Source of the DNA: Halomicrobium mukohataei DSM 12286
GTDB taxonomy: Archaea; Halobacteriota; Halobacteria; Halobacteriales; Haloarculaceae
DNA length: 32,000 nt
Reading direction: 5' to 3'
NCBI RefSeq assembly: GCF_000023965.1
Contig: NC_013202.1
Span: forward strand, 870,001 to 902,000
In this document: positions 18,492-25,703 of the stretch, one piece after another
How positions within the stretch are numbered: the stretch's first letter is position 1
How the letters are laid out: each line of letters begins with the position of its first letter
Translations under genes and position numbers: made by a program
The notes under the pieces: generated by a model
The model's input: the letters and a program-made list of their open reading frames with translations, nothing else
Database searches by the model: none
Told to the model about the DNA's origin: nothing

Positions 18492-19139
18492 ATGGCCTCT
18501 CTGGCGTTCCCCGCTCGCTCGCGGCTCCGGACGTGGGCCGAGGAGTACGGCCTGCTCGCGATCGCGCTCTCGTTCGTCGTGCTGGCGGGAGCCGGTGTGG
18601 CGCTGTTCGTCGTCGGCGACGAGCAGCTGGCCCGCGAGCTGATCCAGCGCTACGGGCTCGCGGCGCTGCTCGTGATCTTCGTCCTCGAAGGCGCGATGTT
18701 GCTGTATTTCGCCCCCAGCGAGGTGCTCGTCCCCGCCGCCATCGGCGCGCTGGCGACGACCGACGGCGGCTACGACTGGGGTGCGATCGTCGCCATCTTC
18801 GTGGTGGCCGTCGTCGGGGCGACGGCGGGCCAGACGACCCTGTTCGTGCTGGCCCAGCGGGGCGGCCGCGAGTGGCTCCTCCAGAAGCCGTGGTTCCGGG
18901 TCAGCGAGTCGAAGCTCGACCGCTTCGACGGCTGGTTCGATCGCTGGGGCCACGCCGCCGTCCCCGTCAGCAACGCGCTCCTGTTCACCCGCGGCATGCT
19001 GACGGTGCCGGCCGGCGTCGCCGAGATGCGCGTGCGGCGGTTCGCCGCGCTGTCGGCCGTCGGGACGCTGGTCTTCGAGACGTGGCTCGCGGTCTCGTTT
19101 TACTACCTCAACGAGGCCGGCCTCCTGTGGTTCCTGTGA
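18492..19139 (+). CDS. DedA/VTT (SNARE-associated) family membrane protein
   Basis: YGLAALLVIFVLEGAMLLYFAPSEVLVPAAIG...VVGATAGQTTLFVLAQRGGREWL...RWGHAAVPVSNALLFTRGMLTVPAGVAEM is a DedA-type pattern. Confidence 0.65.
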   Translation: MASLAFPARSRLRTWAEEYGLLAIALSFVVLAGAGVALFVVGDEQLARELIQRYGLAALLVIFVLEGAMLLYFAPSEVLVPAAIGALATTDGGYDWGAIVAIFVVAVVGATAGQTTLFVLAQRGGREWLLQKPWFRVSESKLDRFDGWFDRWGHAAVPVSNALLFTRGMLTVPAGVAEMRVRRFAALSAVGTLVFETWLAVSFYYLNEAGLLWFL

Positions 19140-19205
19140 CAGACCGGTCGACGGCGAACTGGTCGGCTAACAAAGGTAAAGTGTCTCTGCGCTGGAGGTA
19201 CAGGT

Positions 19206-19676
19206 ATGAGCAACACGGGCCTCGACGACGTGGACAGAGCGATCCTGTACGCGCTGCAGGAAGACGCTCGCGACATGTCCTCGGGCGACATCGCGGAACG
19301 AACCGGCACCTCTGACAGCACGGTCCGCAAGCGCATCCAGCGCCTCGAAGGCGACGAGATCATCAAAGGGTACAGCGCCGAGGTGGACTACCAGGAGTCG
19401 GGCTATCCGCTCCGAATGTTGCTTTTCTGTACCGCGTCGATCCCGGAGCGGGGCGAGATCGTCCCGGAGATCCTGTCGATCGACGGCGTCGTCTCCGTCC
19501 AGGAGCTGGTCACCGGCGAGGAGAACCTCCTCGTGACGGTCGTCGGGGAGTCCGACAGCGACATCACGCCGGTCGCACAGGAGCTGCTCGACATGGGCGT
19601 GACGGTCGCCGACGAGGTGCTGGTTCGAAGCCACGAGACGACGCCCTTCGGGGAGTTCGACCCCGAAGACGTCTAA
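19206..19676 (+). CDS. Lrp/AsnC family transcriptional regulator
   Basis: LDDVDRAILYALQEDARDMSSGDIAERTGTSDSTVRKRIQRLEGDEIIKGYSA (HTH) plus a C-terminal ligand-binding-like domain. Confidence 0.8.
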   Translation: MSNTGLDDVDRAILYALQEDARDMSSGDIAERTGTSDSTVRKRIQRLEGDEIIKGYSAEVDYQESGYPLRMLLFCTASIPERGEIVPEILSIDGVVSVQELVTGEENLLVTVVGESDSDITPVAQELLDMGVTVADEVLVRSHETTPFGEFDPEDV

Positions 19677-20689
19677 CAGATCACGCGCTCGACGTCCAGC
19701 GCGGTCGCGCGCCGGACGACGCTCTCGACGGGGTGGCGTGAGCCGGCCAGATTGTCCGAGTCGCCGTCGAGGACGGTCAGGGCCGCCCGCTTGCCGGGCG
19801 CGACGACGCCACAGTCGAGGCCCGCGATCTCGGCACCGGCCGTCGTCGCCATCCGCAGTACCTCGCGGGCGCTCACGTCGAACTGCCTGACCGTGTACGC
19901 CATCTCTCGGAACATCGACGGCGGGTTCAACATGACGTTGTCCGTGCCGAGCGCGACGGTCGTGTGATCGAGCAGGTCTCGAATCGGCGGCCGGCCGACG
20001 CCGAGGACGGTGTTGGCGCGCGGGCACACCGCCACCGGGACGGACTGCTCGGCGACGCGTTCGAGGTGCTCCCCTGCGGCGTGAACCATGTGGACGAGCA
20101 GGTCCGGCTCCAGATCGAGCGCGGGGTGGATGTCCGTCTGGTCCGGTTCTCCGGCGTGGATGGCGAAGGGGACGCCCCGGTCGGCCGCCGCGTCGCGCTG
20201 TGGCCCGAAGTCGTCGTCGTTGGCACCGCTGGCTCCGAAGCCGTCGGCCACGTCGAGGACCGACGCGTCTCCGCTCCCGAAGACGAACGGATCGATCGAC
20301 AGCGGCTCGGCGGCCTCCCGGAGCGTCCGCGCGCCCTCTCTCCCGAACTCCCGGAAGTCCAGCGTCGAGACGGTCCCGGTCCGCTGCATGAACCGAAGCG
20401 TCCGGCGCATCGCGGTCACGAGCTCGGCCCGGTCGGCGTCGGCCAGTCGACGGTGCTTCAGGCTGTCGGGCGGTGCGACCGCCGCGTCGAGCGAGAGCCC
20501 GACGGCGGCGTCTTTCGCGACCGCGTCACCGAGGTGGGTGTGTGCGTTGACGAACGCCGGCAGGATGATGTCCGTCGACGCCGTGTCGGTCTCCTCGACC
20601 GCCTCGATCCGGCCGTCTTCGACGACGACACGGCCCGTAACGGGTTCGAACGACTCACCGACGAGAACGGTTCCCTCTAACGCAGGCAT
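19673..20689 (-). CDS. Amidohydrolase-superfamily metal-dependent hydrolase (short, deaminase/chlorohydrolase-like); substrate unknown
   Basis: The N-terminal beta-sandwich is VVVEDGRIEAVEE. The HxH metal motif is PAFVNAHTHLGD, followed later by HAGE, VHMVH and GTDNVM blocks. Confidence 0.7.
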   Translation of the reverse strand: MPALEGTVLVGESFEPVTGRVVVEDGRIEAVEETDTASTDIILPAFVNAHTHLGDAVAKDAAVGLSLDAAVAPPDSLKHRRLADADRAELVTAMRRTLRFMQRTGTVSTLDFREFGREGARTLREAAEPLSIDPFVFGSGDASVLDVADGFGASGANDDDFGPQRDAAADRGVPFAIHAGEPDQTDIHPALDLEPDLLVHMVHAAGEHLERVAEQSVPVAVCPRANTVLGVGRPPIRDLLDHTTVALGTDNVMLNPPSMFREMAYTVRQFDVSAREVLRMATTAGAEIAGLDCGVVAPGKRAALTVLDGDSDNLAGSRHPVESVVRRATALDVERVIC

Positions 20690-20708
20690 ACCCGTGGTGG
20701 TGTACAGG

Positions 20709-20752
20709 GAACGATATGGTTTTCTATATGCGATATTCGAACGATCCGGTAG
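20709..20752. promoter_or_regulatory. Two copies of GAACGATnnGGT(AG), 30 bp apart, bracketing the TATA-like block of the amidohydrolase promoter
   Basis: GAACGATATGGT (20709-20720) and GAACGATCCGGTAG (20739-20752) flank 'tttctatatgcgatatt'. Confidence 0.4.
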
Positions 20753-20898
20753 CGTTATGGGCCAAGGTGGGCAAGCCGACAGCAGCGCGGCGGGGAACGC
20801 GAGAAGGGCCTCCGCGACGGTGACGACGTGTGCGAAACGCGTCGGTCCCGTGCTCGAAGCGCTCGAAGACCATCACGTTCTATAATCTACTTCTTCCA

Positions 20899-20930
20899 GA
20901 ACGATCTGGTAGTATAGATAGATTTAATAG
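20899..20930 (+). promoter_or_regulatory. Third GAACGATCTGGTAG copy (20899-20912) abutting a TATA-like block (tatagatagatttaatag), the putative dabB promoter
   Basis: AT-rich TATA-like sequence lies ~30 bp upstream of 20958 and ~95 bp upstream of the ATG at 21025. The motif is 13/14 identical to 20739-20752. Confidence 0.35.
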
Positions 20931-21024
20931 ACAGTCTGTTCGTACATCCGGGTGAAGATGACCGATCGCTGTGATCGCGTGTGCCACGCGGGGTCACGGT
21001 GATCGGACGGAGACCGACCAAACG

Positions 21025-22512
21025 ATGACCGGACAAACGCAGGCGACGACCGTAGGACAGCTACCGACGCCAGACGGCGAGGACTCGCGCGTCGCGGCGA
21101 CACTGACACGAGTCGTGTGGTTCCTCTGTGTCGTGAGTGTCGGCGTGTTGGCGCTTCGGCTCCGGGGCAGCGGACCATGGGGGATCGACGGTCTCGTCGC
21201 GGTCGACGGCCTGACCGCCGTGATGTGGGTGACCGTCACCTTCGTCAGTGGGATCGTCCACAGCTACTCGCGACGCTACATGGCCGGCACCCGGACGATC
21301 GATCGCTTCTTCGGACGCGTGTTCGCGTTCACGCTGATCGTGATGGTCCTGGTTGCCGCCGACGCCCTCGCGCTGTTCGTGGCCGCGTGGCTCGGGATGG
21401 GGCTGGTGATGGCCGACCTGATCGGCCACGTCGAGGGGTGGCCACAGGCACGGGCCGCCGCCGCGCTCTCGCGCCGGTACTTCCTGGCCAGCACCGGCGC
21501 GCTCGCGGTCGCGCTCGGAACGCTGTGGTGGCACACCGGCGCGACGACGGTCTCCGGCGTCGCGCCGGCGCTGGGCGAAGCCTCCGGGACGGTCGTGCTG
21601 TTTGCCGCCACCGCGCTCGTGCTGGCGGCGATGATCCAGTCCGCGCTCGTCCCGTTCCACACCTGGCTCGTCTCTTCGATGACGGCACCGACGCCCGCCT
21701 CCGCGCTGATGCACGCCGGTTTCGTCAACGCCGGTGGCGTCCTGCTGGTTCGCTTCGCGCCGGTGGTCACCGTCGACAGCGCGTTCATGCTGGCCGTCGC
21801 CGTCGTCGGTGCGACCAGCGCGCTGTCGGGAAAGCTCCTGAAGACCGTCCGCACGGACGTGAAGGGGAAGCTCGGCTGTTCGACGGTCGGCCAGATGGGG
21901 TTCATGATCATGCAGGCCGGCCTGGGCTTTTTCGGGGCGGCCGTCACGCACCTCGTCTTGCACGGATTCTACAAGGGCTACCAGTTCCTGAGCTCGGGGA
22001 GTCAGGTGGCCCACGAGAGCCCGCAGTCGCCGACGGCCACCGATTCGGCGGGACCAGTCGGCGCGGTCGTGATCGCCGCCACCGCGCTGGCCGGTGGCGT
22101 CCTGTTCGCCGTCCTCACCGGGAAAGGGACGAAGCTGGACAGCGGGCTGGTGCTCGCGCTGCTGGTCGTGCTGACGGTGCTTCACGCCGCGCGCGATCTC
22201 GTCACGCGGTCGGCGCTGCCCGCGTCGGTTCGGTACGGAGCCGTCCCACTGGTGGCGTTGCCGGCGATCGGGATCTACGGCGTCGTCTACGGGACGATCG
22301 AGGGACTGCTGGGCGGACTGCCGGGAGTCGGAGCGACCGCGGAGCTGACGGTGGCCCACGGCCTCATCGCCGCCGCGTTCGTCGCCACGTACCTCGCGAT
22401 CGAGCGCGGTGCCTACAAGCACAGCCAGCGCCTCTACGTGGTGCTTTTGAACGCCACACAGCCACCGTCCGAGACGCAACTGACCGCTACGGAGGAGTAC
22501 AATGAGTACTGA
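21025..22512 (+). CDS. dabB: DabB-like subunit: NuoL/ND5/MrpA-family (PF00361-type) cation-translocating membrane protein
   Basis: LAAMIQSALVPFHTWLVSSMTAPTPASALMHAGFVNAGGVLLVRF and KGKLGCSTVGQMGFMIMQAGLG match the NuoL core ([31 protein letters not shown]...). No other nuo/mrp genes are adjacent. The start is ambiguous: GTG 20971 or ATG 21025. Confidence 0.75.
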   Translation: MTGQTQATTVGQLPTPDGEDSRVAATLTRVVWFLCVVSVGVLALRLRGSGPWGIDGLVAVDGLTAVMWVTVTFVSGIVHSYSRRYMAGTRTIDRFFGRVFAFTLIVMVLVAADALALFVAAWLGMGLVMADLIGHVEGWPQARAAAALSRRYFLASTGALAVALGTLWWHTGATTVSGVAPALGEASGTVVLFAATALVLAAMIQSALVPFHTWLVSSMTAPTPASALMHAGFVNAGGVLLVRFAPVVTVDSAFMLAVAVVGATSALSGKLLKTVRTDVKGKLGCSTVGQMGFMIMQAGLGFFGAAVTHLVLHGFYKGYQFLSSGSQVAHESPQSPTATDSAGPVGAVVIAATALAGGVLFAVLTGKGTKLDSGLVLALLVVLTVLHAARDLVTRSALPASVRYGAVPLVALPAIGIYGVVYGTIEGLLGGLPGVGATAELTVAHGLIAAAFVATYLAIERGAYKHSQRLYVVLLNATQPPSETQLTATEEYNEY

Positions 22513-24919
22513 CGACGCGATCCACGAGAGTATCGAGACGGCAGCACAGACGGTCGGCTCCCGCTGGCCGTTGCACTCGTTCGTGACGGCCAACCCCCTC
22601 TCGGGCTTCGAGGACCAGCCCTTCCACGAGGCCGTCGCGGCCACAGCAGACACGCTGGGGAGCGACGGTTACCCAGACGCCGACGTGTTCCGCCGTGCCT
22701 GGGAAGACGGTCGGATCGACCCCGACGTCCTCCGGACCACGCTGCGCGAACACGGGTACGAGAGCGATCCCGAGACGACGCTCGATCGCATGGCGAACAC
22801 GGAGCGGGCCGAGGCGACCGAGACGGCGACCGCCAGCGAGCGGGTGGACGCGGTGCTGACCAAGTGGCTGTCGGCGTTCCTCGATCAGGGACAGGCCAAG
22901 TGGCCGATGCCGGAACGCGAGGACGGCTTCTACGACGCGTTCCGCGCCGTCGCTCGCCACGACGGCGAGATCCCCGACGCCGAAGCGATCGCCGAGCTTC
23001 CGGACTGCCCGCTCGACGCCATCCGAGAGCAGCTCGTGAACGATCCCGTCGGAGAGTGGCCGGACATCTTCGAGTTCCACCTGGCCGCGTTGCCGGGCTG
23101 GACCGGCCTGCTCAAGCAGCGGGCCGACGACGGGGACGCCTGGCAGTCCGCGTACCCGATCACGCTGGCCGGCTATCTGGCGGTCAGGCTGACGCTGGTC
23201 GACCTGTTCGACGCCCCGCGCACGCCCGCGGAGGCAGACGGGGACGACGCCACGGTGGACGGGGCCGTCCCGCTCCCCGAGGTCTGGCTGACCGCCTGGG
23301 AGGCGACCTACCGCTCGGAGCTCGTCGCGGAGCTTACCGACGCAAGCGAGTCGGTCGCTGAGACCGACGAGGGGGACAGACCGGACGCACAGCTCGTCTT
23401 CTGTATCGACACCCGCTCGGAGATCATCCGCCGCCACGTCGAGGCCGCTGGCGACTACGAGACCCACGGCTACGCCGGGTTCTTCGGCGTCCCGATGCGC
23501 TACGAGGGACACGACTCGGAGGTGGCCGTCGACGCCTGCCCGCCGATCCTCGACCCACAGCACCGCATCGCGGATCGTCCCACGGACCGCGAGGTGTCAC
23601 GCCACGCCGAACACGACCGCTGGGCGGCCATCCGCGAGGCGGGCGAGAGCGTGATCGGGCGGCTCCGCTCCAACGCGGCGACGGCGTTCAGCTACGTCGA
23701 GACCACCGGCGCGGGGTACGGGGCCGCACTCGCGGCCCGGACGCTGGTCCCCGGACGCGTCCACGACCTGCTCGACGCCGTCGACGATCGCACGCCCGAC
23801 GACCACGCGGTCTGGGAGCCGGCCGTCGATCACGATCCGGACCACGCCCACGAACTCCCGGCGGGGCTGACGGTCGAGGAGAAAGTCGAGTACGCCGCGA
23901 CGGCGTTCGAACTCATGGGCTGGGAGCAGTTCGCCCGCCTGGTCGTGTTCACCGGCCACGCGAGCCAGACGGCGAACAATCCCTTCGACGCCAGCCTCGA
24001 CTGCGGTGCCTGTGCCGGCAACCCCGGCGGCCCCAGCGCCCGCGTCCTCGCCGCTGTCTGCAACGACGACGCCGTCAGAGAACGCCTGCGTGACCGCGGC
24101 ATCGACGTGCCCGAAGACACCTACTTCCTGGCCGGCGAGCACAACACGACCACCGACGAGATCGAGCTGTACGCGGACGCCGTCCCCGAGACACACGCCG
24201 ACGATCTCGACGCGCTCCGCGCCGATCTCGAAACTGCGCGTGCCGGTGCGGCCGCCGAGCGCGCCGACGACATGGGCGCGGACGGCGACGCGGGCCGTGA
24301 TACGCACCGCCGCGCGGCCGACTGGGCAGAGACGCGCCCGGAGTGGGGGCTGGCGGGCAACGCCGGCTTCGTCGTCGGCCCGCGCGAACTCACCGACGGG
24401 CTCGATCTGGACGCCCGCGCGTTCCTCCACTCCTACGACTGGACGACCGACGACGAGGGCGACGCGCTCGAAGCCATTCTGACCGGGCCGATGGTCGTCA
24501 CCCAGTGGATCAACGCCCAGTACTACTTCTCGACGGTCGACAACGCCGTCTTCGGCAGCGGCTCGAAGGTGACTCACAACCCCGTCGGCAACGTCGGCGT
24601 CTACCAGGGCAACGGCGGCGACCTGCTGACCGGCCTCCCGCTGCAATCGCTGATGGCTGCCGACGACGAACCGTACCACCAGCCGCTTCGCCTCTCGACG
24701 GTCGTCCACGCGCCCGTCGAGCGCGTCACCGACGTGCTCGCCGACAACCCCGAGGTCGCCGAACTGCTGGACAACGACTGGCTCCACCTCACCGTCGTCG
24801 ACCCCGAGCAGGAGCACTGCGCGTTCCACTACGCCGAGGACCTGGAGTGGACGCCGATCTCGGAGGAGACGACACCAGCACAGGCGACCGCTGGGACGCC
24901 CTCGCCGGCCGACGACTGA
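22502..24919 (+). CDS. dabA: DabA-like subunit (DUF2309/UPF0753, beta-carbonic-anhydrase-like)
   Basis: The N-terminus is ...VGSRWPLHSFVTANPL. Zn-ligand motifs are LVFCIDTRSE (C301, D303) and FTGHASQ...SLDCGACAG (H486, C501). The C-terminus is VVTQWINAQYYFSTVDN...GSKVTHNPVG. 805 aa. The ATG overlaps the dabB stop by 11 nt. Confidence 0.8.
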   Translation: MSTDDAIHESIETAAQTVGSRWPLHSFVTANPLSGFEDQPFHEAVAATADTLGSDGYPDADVFRRAWEDGRIDPDVLRTTLREHGYESDPETTLDRMANTERAEATETATASERVDAVLTKWLSAFLDQGQAKWPMPEREDGFYDAFRAVARHDGEIPDAEAIAELPDCPLDAIREQLVNDPVGEWPDIFEFHLAALPGWTGLLKQRADDGDAWQSAYPITLAGYLAVRLTLVDLFDAPRTPAEADGDDATVDGAVPLPEVWLTAWEATYRSELVAELTDASESVAETDEGDRPDAQLVFCIDTRSEIIRRHVEAAGDYETHGYAGFFGVPMRYEGHDSEVAVDACPPILDPQHRIADRPTDREVSRHAEHDRWAAIREAGESVIGRLRSNAATAFSYVETTGAGYGAALAARTLVPGRVHDLLDAVDDRTPDDHAVWEPAVDHDPDHAHELPAGLTVEEKVEYAATAFELMGWEQFARLVVFTGHASQTANNPFDASLDCGACAGNPGGPSARVLAAVCNDDAVRERLRDRGIDVPEDTYFLAGEHNTTTDEIELYADAVPETHADDLDALRADLETARAGAAAERADDMGADGDAGRDTHRRAADWAETRPEWGLAGNAGFVVGPRELTDGLDLDARAFLHSYDWTTDDEGDALEAILTGPMVVTQWINAQYYFSTVDNAVFGSGSKVTHNPVGNVGVYQGNGGDLLTGLPLQSLMAADDEPYHQPLRLSTVVHAPVERVTDVLADNPEVAELLDNDWLHLTVVDPEQEHCAFHYAEDLEWTPISEETTPAQATAGTPSPADD

Positions 24920-24928
24920 TCCGGTCGA

Positions 24929-25660
24929 CTACTCGGGGCTGTCGACGCGTTGTGCGACCCACTCGGCCGCCGCGGCCACCTCCTGGGCGTCGGTCCCCGA
25001 CACCTTCACCCGACCGTCCGCGTCCCCGTGTGCGGGGTAGCTGCCGACCGCCACGTCGAACCGCTCGCGAACGCCCGCGAGCACGTCCTTGAGCGCGCCC
25101 TCGGGCGTGACCGTCGGCACGGACTCGGCGACCGCGTCGCCACCGAACTCGTCGGCGACGCTGTCGAACATCGCCTGCAACTCCTCCGGGAAGCCGGGGA
25201 AGACGTAGACGTTCTCGACCACGCAGCCGGGGTTGAAGCTGGCCGCCGTCTGGAGCGGGCGGGCGTCCGCCGGCAGCGCCGCGGTCTCCTCGAAGTCCAG
25301 GTCGAAGTCGTGTTCCTCGTAGCGCTCGGGGTTCTCCTCGCGGTACTCGCGGGCCTTCTCCTCGACGCGCTCGCGGACGGCGGGCTGGACGGTCATCTCG
25401 CGGTCGAAGGCGTCGGCGACCGCTTCGAGGGTCACGTCGTCGGGCGTGTCGCCCAGGCCGCCCGTGACGATCACGGCGTCGAAGGCGTCGGCCCACTCCC
25501 GGACGTGGCGGGCGATCAGCGCCCGGTCGTCGGGGATCGTGAGCATCCGCGCGATCGTGACCCCGCGCTCGGTCAGCCGGCGGGCCAGCCACCCGGCGTT
25601 CGTGTTCTCCGTGTCCCCCGAGAGAATCTCGTCGCCGACGGTGATGAGTGCGACCTGCAT
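24929..25660 (-). CDS. CinA-N-terminal-like molybdopterin-binding (MoCF_biosynth) domain protein
   Basis: MQVALITVGDEILSGDTENTNAGWLARRLTERGV...VIVTGGLGDTPDDVT...VYVFPGFPEELQAMF. Confidence 0.7.
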   Translation of the reverse strand: MQVALITVGDEILSGDTENTNAGWLARRLTERGVTIARMLTIPDDRALIARHVREWADAFDAVIVTGGLGDTPDDVTLEAVADAFDREMTVQPAVRERVEEKAREYREENPERYEEHDFDLDFEETAALPADARPLQTAASFNPGCVVENVYVFPGFPEELQAMFDSVADEFGGDAVAESVPTVTPEGALKDVLAGVRERFDVAVGSYPAHGDADGRVKVSGTDAQEVAAAAEWVAQRVDSPE

Positions 25661-25703
25661 CGGGCCGTCGTTAGATCCTCGGGGAGGTAAGTGTTGGCGA
25701 CGG

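Noticed and set aside
20737-20885. Small ORFs in the GC-rich core of the dab/amidohydrolase spacer (42 aa on +, MGQGGQADSSAAGNARRASATV...; 52 aa on -, MVFERFEHGTDAFRTRRHRR...)
   Set aside because: Both are short with Arg/Ala-rich composition and no start context. They cannot be supported from sequence alone. The GC-rich block itself is noted in the regulatory finding.
20971-22512. dabB as a stray respiratory complex-I (nuoL) or Mrp antiporter (mrpA) gene
   Set aside because: No other nuo/mrp subunits are adjacent. Tight translational coupling to a DUF2309 gene is the defining DAB/Mps architecture.
21061-22653. 530-aa minus-strand ORF and 462-aa + strand alternate frame over dabB
   Set aside because: Both have Arg/Gly/Asp/Pro-rich shadow composition. 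The dabB frame has the NuoL-type core motifs and coherent TM helices.
23597-24829. 410-aa minus-strand ORF antisense to dabA (also 22487..23563)
   Set aside because: Shadow ORFs. The dabA frame is continuous for 805 aa with conserved motifs.
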